62,084 nt of DNA from positions 1 through 62,084 of IMG/VR virus record IMGVR_UViG_3300042504_002530; one strand, written 5' to 3'. Position 1 is the first letter of the stretch. The number at the start of each line of letters is the position of its first letter. A model generated the notes under the pieces. The model was not told the origin of the DNA. It saw nothing but the letters and a program-made list of their open reading frames with translations, and made no database searches. Shown here piece after piece: positions 46,301 to 56,543 of this stretch. The translations under genes were made by a program, and so were the position numbers. Source of the DNA: a virus (lineage: Duplodnaviria > Caudoviricetes).

Positions 46301-48021
46301 TTCGGAACACCAGACTTTGAGATTGTAGCGGTTATCTGTTGGACTCTAAACCACTCAAATCTATCTACATTAAGCGTACTGACATTTCTATACGCCATTG
46401 CTGGTACGACAATCTCTAAAAAGGCGGTTTCAAAAGGAGTTGATACAATCTGGAACCCAGTCTTTAATATTGAAGTTGAGCCAACGGCAAATTTGTTGTA
46501 ATTAGGAGAAAGGGTTGTTTTGTTAGATATTGCGCAGGCAAATCTGTCCGTTAAAGAAAATCCATTACACACATTTGGCAAGCCGTTAGCGCTTTGATAA
46601 TATATTAATGAGTTGCCAAGCTTTTGTTGAAATTCAACAGAAGCCACTAAAAGAAGCCAAGATGGATAGGTCTTTTGCGTGGTAAACGTAAAGTTGATAG
46701 AAAATGCAGATTGAGGAGGAAGAGATAAAACAGGAGACACCTGAGCGCTTTCTAGCGTTAGCGTAAACGAAAATATAAGACCTTCGGGGATATTATTCTG
46801 ATATGCAACCGGAATGTTTATTCTAAACTTTGAGCCAGTTATTGTTGCCGACGGAGCTAATGTGTACCAACCAGCCGGATAAAAGTGAGAAAACAATGAT
46901 GTTGTCAATGGCTCGGACAAAATCTCTTCAGACAACGGTTGAACTCCGTAAGTAATATTTACTTTATTATTATCGCTGTCAATAAGATTATATCCCTCAA
47001 CATAATTACCATACATAAGCCTATTGCCCATAATTGCTTGAGCTTTTGCTTTGTGTGGCACGTTGTCGTATAACCTAAACCACTCCGACGAAGGGAGCGT
47101 TGTGTATATTTTGTTATTAGAAAATAGAAAACTATGAACCGTATTATCAACAATAGACGACTGCTGTTTGTTGATTCGCTGAATTACTTTGATTTCATTT
47201 CCGCTTCCTTTTTTGTAACATATATCTATCTCTTTGACCAAATCGCTACCGGAATTGTATGAAATGTAAGCGGCGTTGTATTGATTAACCATACCCTCGT
47301 TGAGGTATGTACTTGGGTCAACCGAAAAATCAGACGGAACAAACGCTATTTCGCTAAATTGAGAGAGCGCGCTATACTCGCCATTGGCGTACCTATAACG
47401 ATACGCAAACGATATGAAGTTTTCTTCAAGAAAATTTCCAACCGTTGAAATATATGTAAGCGAAATTTGCGGAGCCTCGCTCGGCGGCTTAACAATCACA
47501 TTGAATACTTCTCCGCTAGTAATGCCGGAGTAAGCGGCCGTAATGTCTATGCGTCTAGGCGGATTTAAGTTGTCCGTCCAAAAAAGCAAATTCTCAACAA
47601 TGCTGATACCGGTAATCGGATAGTCATAGGAGAAATTCAAAACACCACCTAAGTCAATGACATGATATGTCAAAGAGGCCAAATTCGTGTCGTATGAAAC
47701 GATAAGGTCACAAGTATCGTTAACCGGATAACTACCACCCGGATTAAAGTCATGAATGAACCAATAAATAACCTCTCTGGATTCATCTTTAAATACGCCT
47801 ACACACTTTGCATTTGCCGATATTTTTGCCTGCGTAGAAGGGTTATAGTATATCTCCGTAACCAACGAATTGCCACGGACTTTCTCGACCGAACCAATCT
47901 CAGTAGACTCGGTAGAACCGGTCCTTACATTTAAGGCATCAACATAGTCGCCGGGCGGAACAAGCCTCTCGTCGAGGTCTTTGTTCATTTTGCCACCGGT
48001 ATAGTTTATTACTGTCTTCAT
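43354..48021 (-). CDS. Tail nozzle/stabilisation protein
   Basis: GKMNKDLDERLVP.GDY.DALN, LFWTDNLNPPR, PESFA...YFTD.KRG.V. Confidence 0.8.
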   Translation of the reverse strand: MKTVINYTGGKMNKDLDERLVPPGDYVDALNVRTGSTESTEIGSVEKVRGNSLVTEIYYNPSTQAKISANAKCVGVFKDESREVIYWFIHDFNPGGSYPVNDTCDLIVSYDTNLASLTYHVIDLGGVLNFSYDYPITGISIVENLLFWTDNLNPPRRIDITAAYSGITSGEVFNVIVKPPSEAPQISLTYISTVGNFLEENFISFAYRYRYANGEYSALSQFSEIAFVPSDFSVDPSTYLNEGMVNQYNAAYISYNSGSDLVKEIDICYKKGSGNEIKVIQRINKQQSSIVDNTVHSFLFSNNKIYTTLPSSEWFRLYDNVPHKAKAQAIMGNRLMYGNYVEGYNLIDSDNNKVNITYGVQPLSEEILSEPLTTSLFSHFYPAGWYTLAPSATITGSKFRINIPVAYQNNIPEGLIFSFTLTLESAQVSPVLSLPPQSAFSINFTFTTQKTYPSWLLLVASVEFQQKLGNSLIYYQSANGLPNVCNGFSLTDRFACAISNKTTLSPNYNKFAVGSTSILKTGFQIVSTPFETAFLEIVVPAMAYRNVSTLNVDRFEWFRVQQITATISKSGVPKSLHSNRDYQVGIVYMDEYNRSTTALTSQTNTVFFPAGNSSTRNRIKVTIPISQKAPSWAKRYKFVIKPTKERYDTIYANIFYNDPLDSGIWVKLDGESQNKVQVGDTLIVKSDTQGALQNYVTTVVLDKEAKLENWISGNQTTTGQPIQELSGVYMRLKNDGWSANFNPNNYIDTGSLTAESTDTGGGNANSYASLRIPCFNTVNGVITRWDIPAGSVVSINLWVFRFGRNCGGSSNKCGRVDSLLSLKIVASQNYSDFKAFWTGEAVNVQEAIHPDYGCPDDSGQNQDSYDNSTLVGVGAVPGFLQGTNRYQFASDTAVSASTNPLYLTIRHGSPACSWPNVKTSRIEARIIIQKAGGALVFETEPTDALPDLYYENHESFGIDTSGNHLCNDVSQDIAGGTSGVSILDFYNCYSFGNGVESFRIKDSIVGDSFLLGQRVTSVAETDFSEVHRFSDITYSGVYNRESNVNKLNEFNLGLLNFKNLEALYASIQRMHPRQTDLLVFQEDRVSRVLVGKNILADSTGGGVVASVPEVLGNQIARTEEFGICKQPESFASFGNDIYFTDIKRGAVLKLSGEQLLIISDIGMRSYFRDSFSPIKNAPVRGAYDPFVKDYVLHVGDEPGSQVTYVNCGTEKYYGNITEPTIIRVYYPTNIGDVDIYITGPIIGDGNIDVIYNTTTVGNITISTGGTVTFNKDFPNVNYADIVVTPSGEAGFLLTTTCPLGAPPITVYAMVLTNANDVDLSGQIAYGTYPNQMNNEPFTTQKSVSYPIISHLSTFSVSPGSFFLPADGNPIQMFGIESGTFLINTALDRFRLLRTNTPYNFNTAAGLNSLITASTASVLSGPGVEYEPDASYSASMSIGSSGQYLYLIWDYRRISSLDMCYHATIPASACCNCNTPCPTCIEVQTTGVFTSPVDACKSGIVMSLYYEGGGIAIGKQFYYDNSCTFTAYSGFYSYYDTTFRWFELNSSGVVIKIGNC

Positions 48022-48941
48022 TTAATCCATTTATCGCGGCCCCTCATATTCATCAAGAGGCGACCCGGGTGAATGTTGCTAAGTCTAATTTTTGCATTCA
48101 TCAAAAGAGCCCTTCGGTCTTTTTTGGCCCGGTTCACGATATATTCCTGAACACCAAAACGATTGTTCAAGATGGCGTATTTGATTGCAGCGTATACGTA
48201 ATCTTCAAAAAGCTTGTTGATTTTAACGGAGCCGTCATTGCCGTTCTCCATGCCATCGGACACATATTCGATGACGCAAAGAAGCCCGCTCATGTTCGAG
48301 CTGAAATTGATGACACCACTTTGCTTGTCAATCTTGAAAACGGGGTTTCCATTGGCCGTCTCTGTATTCATTCCATAGTTGCCGCCAATGCCCCATCGGA
48401 AATACCAAACATCGTCAATGCACCATCCGTAGTTGCCGTTGTATGGGCTTGATGGATTAACGTACAAACTTGGCGCAGTATTGTTTATTCTGCCTAGGTC
48501 CAAGTCTGAATACTGCGGAGATAGTACATTGCCGTTTTGGTCGTAGAGCAACGCTCCGCTTTGGTCTTGTAGATAAGCCGTCGCGAAGTTGGTCTGAAAG
48601 TTTTCGCTAAGCGGAAACAAGACACCATTTACCTCTGCGGAAATCCGGACCCAATTCACATAATCAGATGGAAGAAAAATTTTCAAGTCGCTGCCAACCG
48701 GTAGCTCCAATACTTTAATCTCCTTGAGAGCATCATAATTCAGCTCCTGTATCGCGCGCTTTGCGAAAAACAATACCTGATACCGGTTGATGTTATTGAT
48801 AAGCTCATGGTTGCCCTGATACATCAACATGAAGTTGTTGACGATGTCCTCTAGCGACACATACTGATAGCTGCCCCAATTAGCGTCCTGAGGGGAATTG
48901 CCCCCATTGTCGTAATACTGATACTGAGTTATGTATGCCAT
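48018..48941 (-). CDS. Tail ring/adaptor protein
   Basis: AKRAIQELNYD, LPSDYVNWVR motifs. Confidence 0.7.
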   Translation of the reverse strand: MAYITQYQYYDNGGNSPQDANWGSYQYVSLEDIVNNFMLMYQGNHELINNINRYQVLFFAKRAIQELNYDALKEIKVLELPVGSDLKIFLPSDYVNWVRISAEVNGVLFPLSENFQTNFATAYLQDQSGALLYDQNGNVLSPQYSDLDLGRINNTAPSLYVNPSSPYNGNYGWCIDDVWYFRWGIGGNYGMNTETANGNPVFKIDKQSGVINFSSNMSGLLCVIEYVSDGMENGNDGSVKINKLFEDYVYAAIKYAILNNRFGVQEYIVNRAKKDRRALLMNAKIRLSNIHPGRLLMNMRGRDKWIK

Positions 48942-49669
48942 TATGAGCGCTCTTTTTGTAGGGTTTCCGTTTCGGTTGCCTGACCGAATTGATAGACATC
49001 GCCTTCGCGAATAGAAATTCCGGCATACTGAAGAATCCTTGCAATAAGCGCCGGCATGTCTGATTCCGGAAGTTCAAAGTCCACATAGTCAGCGGCGCTT
49101 TGGTTAAAAATTGGGTCGCCATTGCCGCCAAGCGAAATCCAAGTCCACTTTGGAATCCGGGGATAGCGGATATACTGAAGATTTACCCCGGAAGTAATTG
49201 TGGTAGGATACATTGTCAATCGTTGAACCAAAGCCAAAGGGCTTCCGGTGGTTGTGCCACTTATGGTATATCCGGGATATGTAATTGTCGGCGCCGTAAG
49301 ATTTGATGCAAGCAGCTGGTTCAGCTTATTAAGCGAAAGCCTTTCAGCTACTCGATTCCCGTAAAGCACATTCACCAAGGTATAACAGTTTGTCGGTACG
49401 CTAAAAGTCGAACCGGAAACGAGAGTAGCCGCTTGACTTGCGCTAAAGGTGTCAATGACCTCTTCGGTTATCTGCTTTAGGTCGGCATATCCCGTGCCGG
49501 ATTGCCGGGCATTTTCCTTGCGGATTTGGTCGTTATACAGCTGAAAATAACCCTCAAACACATCAAGCTGCGCTTGCTGGGCATATAAGTTGAAGTCCGA
49601 CGGAGTTATGTATCCGTAGTTGTTCTTATTTGCAACGGCGAGTACCGCATTTCTAACGTCGTCAATCAT
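48941..49669 (-). CDS. Tail ring/adaptor protein
   Basis: NKNNYGYITPxDFNLYAxQAQ, YIRYP..PKW, DFELP. Confidence 0.7.
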   Translation of the reverse strand: MIDDVRNAVLAVANKNNYGYITPSDFNLYAQQAQLDVFEGYFQLYNDQIRKENARQSGTGYADLKQITEEVIDTFSASQAATLVSGSTFSVPTNCYTLVNVLYGNRVAERLSLNKLNQLLASNLTAPTITYPGYTISGTTTGSPLALVQRLTMYPTTITSGVNLQYIRYPRIPKWTWISLGGNGDPIFNQSAADYVDFELPESDMPALIARILQYAGISIREGDVYQFGQATETETLQKERS

Positions 49670-49687
49670 AAATGCAAAGATACTTTA

Positions 49688-49993
49688 TTATGCAAACACC
49701 ACGGAACTGATAGTTACAGCGTCATTGTTGACGACTTTTGGCAATGGCCCCAAGACGTAATAAGAAACATCTGATTGACCGGCTAGGGTCACTTGTCCTA
49801 AAAACCATCTTTGTAAGTTGTAAGTTCCATCTGCAACCGAAAAAGTAACCGTGGCGGTATTACTGCTTCCGGGACCGCTACTTCCATAATAGAATACAAT
49901 GGTGCTTGTCGTGGCTAAAACTGACTTTGCATCCTTGATATTCAGCAAAGATGGGACACCCGCCGAAGTGTTTATTTGCATAAATTCAGCCAT
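49688..49993 (-). CDS. Small structural protein, paralog 3
   Basis: Start re-called at MAEF; FSVADGT motif. Confidence 0.6.
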   Translation of the reverse strand: MAEFMQINTSAGVPSLLNIKDAKSVLATTSTIVFYYGSSGPGSSNTATVTFSVADGTYNLQRWFLGQVTLAGQSDVSYYVLGPLPKVVNNDAVTISSVVFA

Positions 49994-50009
49994 ACACAAA
50001 GGTAATAAA

Positions 50010-50043
50010 AAAGCCACCCTCCTGAGTTTCAGGGGGTGGCTTT
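50010..50043 (-). terminator. Rho-independent terminator
   Basis: AAAGCCACCC..GGGTGGCTTT stem followed by a T-tract on the - strand. Confidence 0.75.
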
Positions 50044-50061
50044 GTTGAACTTAAAAAACTA

Positions 50062-50358
50062 TTAATTAATAGCCAAAGTTACAGTTCTTCCTCCGGGCAA
50101 ATCCGTTGGAAAGCCGCTAATAATAGCTGACCCGCCTTGAGCTGCTGAAATCAGAAACTGAGCAATAGCCCGATGAGTTTCAAAAGTTGCATCAGCAGAT
50201 GATAAAGTGATTCCCACGTTATCAGCAAGATTAGCTGAACTATCAAGCGCTACGGAAATAACTGACTCAGTCGTAAAAGAAATTCCGACAATTTTTTGAG
50301 CATTAAAATACCCGTTATTAGCGGCAAAAAGAGTCCCTATTTGTACAAAAGTAGACAT
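50062..50358 (-). CDS. Small structural protein, paralog 2
   Basis: LSSADATFETH, DLPGGRTV. Confidence 0.65.
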   Translation of the reverse strand: MSTFVQIGTLFAANNGYFNAQKIVGISFTTESVISVALDSSANLADNVGITLSSADATFETHRAIAQFLISAAQGGSAIISGFPTDLPGGRTVTLAIN

Positions 50359-50369
50359 ATCACTTAAAA

Positions 50370-50729
50370 TTAAGCAGTTTGAGTTACTGGAGCCTCATAA
50401 ACGACTTGAACAGTTCTACCGCTAGGAAGGTCGGGACAAACAAAAATCGGAACGGGATTTGAGTTACTTGAAATACTTGCAATAATAGCCGCGACAAATG
50501 CGTCATGAGTGGCATAAGAGCTGTCAGCATTACTGAACGAGCATCGAAGCGTTACTGTGCCCAAAGTTCCGACTGCATTGGCGGCTAGTTGCATACTTGG
50601 GTTACTTGTGACTTTGTAAACAATCCGCACAATAGACGTACTTGGATAAGTGATTGTTAAAATGTCAGAAGTTGAAATAACGCGAATATCTCCCGTGTTT
50701 GTATTCGGTACTCTTAAAAGGTTTGCCAT
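50370..50729 (-). CDS. Small structural protein, paralog 1
   Basis: FSNADSSYATH, DLPSGRTV. Confidence 0.65.
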   Translation of the reverse strand: MANLLRVPNTNTGDIRVISTSDILTITYPSTSIVRIVYKVTSNPSMQLAANAVGTLGTVTLRCSFSNADSSYATHDAFVAAIIASISSNSNPVPIFVCPDLPSGRTVQVVYEAPVTQTA

Positions 50730-50764
50730 GATTTTTTTTTAAAGGTGAAGCAAATATACAAAAT

Positions 50765-51481
50765 TTATTGACTGATATATTTTTCAAGCGTAGCCATTAC
50801 TTCAGCTCCTTCTTCGGTTAAAAAATAAGAGCTAACCGCTTCATGGGCATCTTGGCCGGCCGGAATAATAAGCAATTTTGACTTATTATTGGTCAAATTG
50901 TAATGAACAGCGTTTCTTTTTACAACAAGAGCCCCATAGTCAAATAGGCGGGCGACCAAGCCATCATGAGCGACATTTGGGTCGTTGACGATTGACAAAA
51001 ACTCTTCTGGATTGTTTTTTGCATAAACAATGATGTCCCGCTTTAACTCTTGGGTACTAATCCGAGAAGGGTCAACACTGAGAGCAATCCGGGCAATATT
51101 CTCCATCATGGCATAATCGATTGTTCTAGCCTTAGCTAAAGCATCGGCCTCAAGCTCCAACCAATCAAGCTCCTTTTGAGCGTCTTTCTTGTTGTCAACC
51201 TCAACAAAGACCGGCCCATTGTCGGGATGTAATTCTAGAAATTTTTGAAGAACAGGGTTTGAGTCCTCGACTTTTAAAAAACCATCTTCAAAAATGATAG
51301 GTTCAAGAATAAAATTTCCATCTTGTTCATCAACAAAAGGGCTCTTTTGGTTTCGAGCGTAGCGTAGCTCGCGATTGACCTTGCCGTCAAAATGGTAAAG
51401 TCTTTTTGCTGTCGTGTTTCTGCTTGCGAGCATAAAGCTCATAGGCGCAGCGCCTCCGGTTAGTTTATAGATTTTAAGCAT
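50765..51481 (-). CDS. Conserved protein downstream of MCP
   Basis: RELRYARNQKSPFVDEQ...IIFEDGFL motif. Confidence 0.75.
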   Translation of the reverse strand: MLKIYKLTGGAAPMSFMLASRNTTAKRLYHFDGKVNRELRYARNQKSPFVDEQDGNFILEPIIFEDGFLKVEDSNPVLQKFLELHPDNGPVFVEVDNKKDAQKELDWLELEADALAKARTIDYAMMENIARIALSVDPSRISTQELKRDIIVYAKNNPEEFLSIVNDPNVAHDGLVARLFDYGALVVKRNAVHYNLTNNKSKLLIIPAGQDAHEAVSSYFLTEEGAEVMATLEKYISQ

Positions 51482-51550
51482 TTGATTTGAATTTAAAGGT
51501 TAAAAAAATAAAGGAGGGGGTGTTCAAACACCCCCCCCTTCGGTAATCTT

Positions 51551-52996
51551 TTAGGCCCGGAACAAGAAGAAGTTGTTCGAACCAAGTGTACAAACACAAC
51601 GCTCAGACAGGTAGTGGACCTCCATTGCGTCAAGGTCGCTTGTTGCAGCGCCACCGGCAGAACCAGTTGCCCAAGTTTTGAACTTCCTGTCTTCTGACTC
51701 TGTTTGACGATAACGAACGTGCAAGAATGGACGCTTGGCGTTCTGACCCATCACCTGGTCATAAACATTGGTAGAGCCGGCAGGAACAAGCATTCCATTA
51801 ATTGCGCCACCAACAGTACCGCTTGCAGTACCTTGACCACGCATAGTTGGGTCATTCAGGTATTTCCAGTCGGTTTTGTAGAAGTCATAACCACGGCGGA
51901 ACCCACGGAAACCAAGGTTCAAAGCCATCTGTTCGCTGTTGTTAAACAGACCATAAGATGTTCCACCGGTTCCATAAGAGTTCTGAGCAGCCAAGAAGTC
52001 ATCCATAGCAAAAGAAGCAGCGCGGTTTACGAACAAAGCATTCTCCTCGATAGCACCCTGTTTGTCAAGACGCTGAACAATGGCATCAAAGTCAACAAGG
52101 CTAGTAGGATAACCTCCGCTGAACACGTTCCCGTTTGCAGCTACCTCAAAAAAAACACCTTTTGTACCTTTCAAAGAAGGAGAAGCGCCAATAGCCCCAG
52201 AGCCAGCCCCGGCAGGAATCGCCTCAAGCATGGAAGACTCTAGGTAATCCTCAAAGCGAAGACGGGTTTCGTGCTCGGCCTTCATGTACCACAGGTATCC
52301 GGACGCTCCGTTTTCGGTGGTGACTTCAACCCAGCCAATCTGGGTCATGTCAGAACCGGTTACGGTAAATTTGTCCTTCAAAATAATAGGGCTATTGTCC
52401 TTGAAGATGTCAAAAGACTGAACGGACTGCTGCATTCCAAGTTGTCCTTTTGCAAACTCAGAACCATATACCCACAAAGTCCAGTTAGCGCTAGCAACAG
52501 GAAGTCCACCCGCTTCATAAAAAGCAACAGTAACAGTTGCAGCGGCAACGGCCGTTACAACAGCGTGAACGACGTTCGTTCCGTTTTCTTGCTGGCAGAT
52601 AAGTGTTTGACCAACACGAATACCATTTACGTTGTTTGTTCCTGTTCCGCCCAAAAGAGGGTTGTTTGTAGGAGTTTGATACTGAGTCGTAACAATAGTG
52701 AAGACAGCGGTGCTATCGGCAGCCGCCGCCGTAGTGGTACAGCCGGTATATTTAACGTGAAGACGACCTTGCTCTGCCCACTTGATAAGGTCAGAGGCGC
52801 AGGGCATTTCAGCACCTACCATACGCAAGAATCCTGAGATACTACGATTACCATAGCGCTCAAATTCTGCTTCATAGATGTCTGGCAAATACTGATTTAA
52901 AAAGTTGAAATTAGAACTATCGATGTAGTTCGTGGCGGTTACTTGCCTATTAATACTGGGCTGTAACGCAAAAGTTGGAGAAGATAAAACTGGCAT
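51551..52996 (-). CDS. Major capsid protein
   Basis: QYLPDIYE.EFERYGNR...WAEQGRLH; follows portal and scaffold; hairpin terminator downstream. Confidence 0.85.
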   Translation of the reverse strand: MPVLSSPTFALQPSINRQVTATNYIDSSNFNFLNQYLPDIYEAEFERYGNRSISGFLRMVGAEMPCASDLIKWAEQGRLHVKYTGCTTTAAAADSTAVFTIVTTQYQTPTNNPLLGGTGTNNVNGIRVGQTLICQQENGTNVVHAVVTAVAAATVTVAFYEAGGLPVASANWTLWVYGSEFAKGQLGMQQSVQSFDIFKDNSPIILKDKFTVTGSDMTQIGWVEVTTENGASGYLWYMKAEHETRLRFEDYLESSMLEAIPAGAGSGAIGASPSLKGTKGVFFEVAANGNVFSGGYPTSLVDFDAIVQRLDKQGAIEENALFVNRAASFAMDDFLAAQNSYGTGGTSYGLFNNSEQMALNLGFRGFRRGYDFYKTDWKYLNDPTMRGQGTASGTVGGAINGMLVPAGSTNVYDQVMGQNAKRPFLHVRYRQTESEDRKFKTWATGSAGGAATSDLDAMEVHYLSERCVCTLGSNNFFLFRA

Positions 52997-52998
52997 TT

Positions 52999-54075
52999 TT
53001 AAGAAGTTTTAAAGGGTCTAATTTTTAATCCCATTCCTGACGATGTTGGGCTTACATCTGCAACTTTGACTCCTCCGGTTGTTGTAACTGGCTGTCCGGA
53101 AGTTCGAATATCCATGTTGATATTCTTGCTTCTTTTTGCCATGTCTTCCGTAGCAGCGGCTACGCCTTGCTCGTAAAAGAACTTCGCAAACTTATCTGGA
53201 TTCATCGCGATTGAAAGAGCCTTGTGATAACCAGCAGCATCTTTAATCAATCCCTGCTCATCAATAAACTTTGAGATAAGGTTTACCGGAGTAGAGTTTT
53301 GACTTTTGATTTCAGAAGCTTCACCGGGCATGAAAGTGTACTTTTTTTCACCGATGCCGAACTCAAAACCTTTGAACTCGGGTGAGAAAAGTTCTTCCGT
53401 CTTTTTTTGGAACCACTCTCCTTTCCGCTTTGCCTCTTGCTGCTCGCCATTGGCTCTGTCGAGGTACTCTTTGTATTGTTTATACTCTGGCGATTCTTCG
53501 GGCAGGCTCCCTCTTGACTCAAGCGGAACCTTGTATTGCTCTTTTAAATCGTTAAAGTACTTTTTTGCTTTTGCTAATTCCCTTTTCTTGGCGGCCTTTT
53601 TCTTTTTGACATCCGACTCTTGGTCTAAGTCTTCATCGTATCCAAACTTGTCAGCTAGGATTCCGACGGCGTCTTCCCGGTCTAAATACTCTTCCTGGGC
53701 TATGGTGTAGTCCAAAAGAAGTTGGTCGGGGTCAGCCGAGTCAAAGTCTTGATTGAGCTTCATGAAATCGCTAATTCCCCGACCGGTCTCTTTCTTATAT
53801 TTAAGAAATGTAGACACGTCCTCGGGTAATTGCTCTGGCTGTTGAGGCGCAACAAGAAGGTCGTCAATAGAGGAAACCTCTTTTTTGTACCTTTCTTTAA
53901 TAAATGAAAGAACGTCACCCTCTTCGATACTTGGTTTTGCAGCGGGCTCCGGGGCGGGCGGAGTCTGCTGTTGTTGTTGTTGTTGCGCCTCAAGCTGAGC
54001 TTGATTTTGCTGTTCCTTTTCTTGAATAGACGGTTGCCCAGCTGAATCAAGTGCTCTGACTTTAAATTCACTCAT
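52999..54075 (-). CDS. Putative scaffolding protein
   Basis: Acidic and helical; between portal and MCP. Confidence 0.6.
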   Translation of the reverse strand: MSEFKVRALDSAGQPSIQEKEQQNQAQLEAQQQQQQQTPPAPEPAAKPSIEEGDVLSFIKERYKKEVSSIDDLLVAPQQPEQLPEDVSTFLKYKKETGRGISDFMKLNQDFDSADPDQLLLDYTIAQEEYLDREDAVGILADKFGYDEDLDQESDVKKKKAAKKRELAKAKKYFNDLKEQYKVPLESRGSLPEESPEYKQYKEYLDRANGEQQEAKRKGEWFQKKTEELFSPEFKGFEFGIGEKKYTFMPGEASEIKSQNSTPVNLISKFIDEQGLIKDAAGYHKALSIAMNPDKFAKFFYEQGVAAATEDMAKRSKNINMDIRTSGQPVTTTGGVKVADVSPTSSGMGLKIRPFKTS

Positions 54076-54107
54076 AAGATTAGATTTAGTTGCAAAGATA
54101 TAAAAAA

Positions 54108-56543
54108 TTAACGAGGGCTAAATTCGGCCAAATCAAAGCCATCTAAGCTGTCCTCGTTTGATTCAAACCTCATTGGTGGAAGGTTGTTTTTGCGTTGGTC
54201 AATCAGGCTAGATTGCTGCGTGTTTTGAAGCCCTATACGTTTTGCCTTTTCCCTTTCCCGGGCAGCCTCTCGTTCGGACAGCGTTTTGCCCTGCATTTCA
54301 GCAAGTTGAATATTATACTCAAATTCACGCTGCATCAGCAAGCTCTTTGCTTCAACCTCGGCCTTCATCCGCTCAATTTCAAAGGCCACTTCCGCTTGCT
54401 TAACCTTCATGTCGGCCTCAGCCTGCGCGTTAACTTTCATCATGGTTGTCTGAGCAGCCATACGTTGAGTCTCCATGTTTCCTTGAATAGCCATTTGCTG
54501 CTTTTGCATTTCGTTGGCCTGAAGATTCTCAAGATTCTTACGGCGCTTCAGTTTGAGCAACTGATTGGCCATCTTGATGTTCTTTATCTCACGAATGTCA
54601 ATCGCGTCTTCAAGATTGATGTCCCCCTTTTGTAGGGCCATCTGAATATTGGCCTCCATTTGGCTTCTCTCTTCTTCGTCCGGAGCGACCTCAATGAATA
54701 TGCCAAAGTCATAAATGTACAAGTCCTTAATTTCATCAAGCAACGCGACATTGTAGCGACCTATCTGAGAAATAAACTCTTCCTTAAACGGAGCATACTC
54801 AAGCACATCCGAGATTCGGCATGTTAAAGCCTCCGAAAGACTTTTCGTTATGTACACAGACGCATCCAAGATGTGTCGTGTTGCCGTGTTGGAGTTCATT
54901 GCGGCAAGCTTCTGCACGCCGACCAACGACCGAGAATCCGGAACTGTACCGTCCCTCGCTTCATTAAGACCGGTTACGGCCCTAATCATTCCCAGATAAT
55001 GGTTATAGTTCCCGATAAGAGCCGCCATTTTTTGCTGGCCGGAACTCGAGTTAAGCTCCTGAATTGGAATCCGGGCATTGTTGAACTCGCCATCTTGAGT
55101 ATAACTACGCCCTACGACGCTACCTGTTTGGAAGTAAAGCCTCAAGGCGTCCTCTGGATTGTATGCCTGGCCGTTCCCAAGGTCAACATCGTTGACACCA
55201 TCGGCATCAAGAAAGACACCATCTGGAACCATACGAGCAACTACTTGCTGAAGCTTCAGGTGCGTCAGCTGAATGAGGTCTGCAAACGGAATCATCCGGC
55301 GTACTAAGGACTCAATGTTCCCTTTGTACATCCTTGGAGCGCATGCTACATAATTTGGAACGGCATTCTGAGATGCGGACTTAGGACGGACCATGTTTTC
55401 CATCACCTGCCATTTAAGCACAATGTTGGTCCCCATAACCATAATGCCCTCATACCAAACGTCAATAGTCTTTGTGACGCGCTCGAACCCCTGCTCCTCC
55501 ATCATTTCTTCGGGAGGATTAAAGTTTTCGTCCTTCTCGATTATTCTTTCTCCGCCGTTGTCAAGCTTTTTCTTTTTGTAAACAAACGTCTTAGTGGTTT
55601 TGTAATTAAAGAAAAGAAGTGTAGCGGTATCGCTTTTAAAAAGGCTATTGTCATAAAATTGAGATACATTATAGTAATCGTACCAAGACTGACTGTACTT
55701 GGATATTTCTTCAAGCTGCTCATTATTTAAACTCGGCTTCATTTTTACGAGTTCCGTTAACGGAACCGTTTTGATTTCTCCCCAATAAAAGCAATCCCTA
55801 AAATAAGGGTCTTCGGTATAGCTGTAAACTACGTTTGCCGGGTCAACATACTCAACCCGTATGCCGTCACCGGGATAGAATTGGTGCTTGCATATCCCTA
55901 TGCCCAAAACAGTAAGGTCGTAGTCAACCCTCTTTCTTAGGTCGCTATACCGATTGTCCTCCAACACAGTAGAAATAGCCTCTTCCTCCGCAATCTCAAT
56001 AGCCGGCTTGTAGTTGAGCTGCATGTAGAGTTGCAGCTCTTGGTCGTTTTCCGGCAAGTCTTCCGGGTTAATGGCGAATCCATTAATGCCCATGTTTTTC
56101 TGAAGACTCATAAACAACTCCTTGCCGGCCATCTGAGTTTCAATCATGTCCTGATACCGGTTTCTCCGAGAAGAAGACATGCCGTCTTGGGCAAAAGCCT
56201 TAATCTTGAAAAACCTGTCTGACATGCCGTTTACAACGATGTCAACGAATTTTGGCAAAATAGGAACCGGCGTCCAGTCTAGATTTAAATAGGACAAATC
56301 CCCATTTACGGACATCTCGTTCTTATACTTTTCAACCGATTGCTCACCCCTTGCGTAAAGTCTCAAATGATGAAAGTCTCTCCATTGAGAATAAAATCTA
56401 CCGGAGCGAGAGTCCTTTCTAAACCATTCGTACTGAATGGCTTGCCCAATCCTTAGCCCAAACGCCTCCGTATTCTTTTCCGCGTCAGAAACAAACTGAT
56501 TAGGGAAGTACTGCGCGTTTATGATGGGCTGAATGTCGCTCAT
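54108..56543 (-). CDS. Portal protein
   Basis: 811 aa after TerL; LRLYARGEQ, LDWTPVPILPKFVDIVVNG; coiled-coil C-terminus. Confidence 0.85.
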   Translation of the reverse strand: MSDIQPIINAQYFPNQFVSDAEKNTEAFGLRIGQAIQYEWFRKDSRSGRFYSQWRDFHHLRLYARGEQSVEKYKNEMSVNGDLSYLNLDWTPVPILPKFVDIVVNGMSDRFFKIKAFAQDGMSSSRRNRYQDMIETQMAGKELFMSLQKNMGINGFAINPEDLPENDQELQLYMQLNYKPAIEIAEEEAISTVLEDNRYSDLRKRVDYDLTVLGIGICKHQFYPGDGIRVEYVDPANVVYSYTEDPYFRDCFYWGEIKTVPLTELVKMKPSLNNEQLEEISKYSQSWYDYYNVSQFYDNSLFKSDTATLLFFNYKTTKTFVYKKKKLDNGGERIIEKDENFNPPEEMMEEQGFERVTKTIDVWYEGIMVMGTNIVLKWQVMENMVRPKSASQNAVPNYVACAPRMYKGNIESLVRRMIPFADLIQLTHLKLQQVVARMVPDGVFLDADGVNDVDLGNGQAYNPEDALRLYFQTGSVVGRSYTQDGEFNNARIPIQELNSSSGQQKMAALIGNYNHYLGMIRAVTGLNEARDGTVPDSRSLVGVQKLAAMNSNTATRHILDASVYITKSLSEALTCRISDVLEYAPFKEEFISQIGRYNVALLDEIKDLYIYDFGIFIEVAPDEEERSQMEANIQMALQKGDINLEDAIDIREIKNIKMANQLLKLKRRKNLENLQANEMQKQQMAIQGNMETQRMAAQTTMMKVNAQAEADMKVKQAEVAFEIERMKAEVEAKSLLMQREFEYNIQLAEMQGKTLSEREAAREREKAKRIGLQNTQQSSLIDQRKNNLPPMRFESNEDSLDGFDLAEFSPR

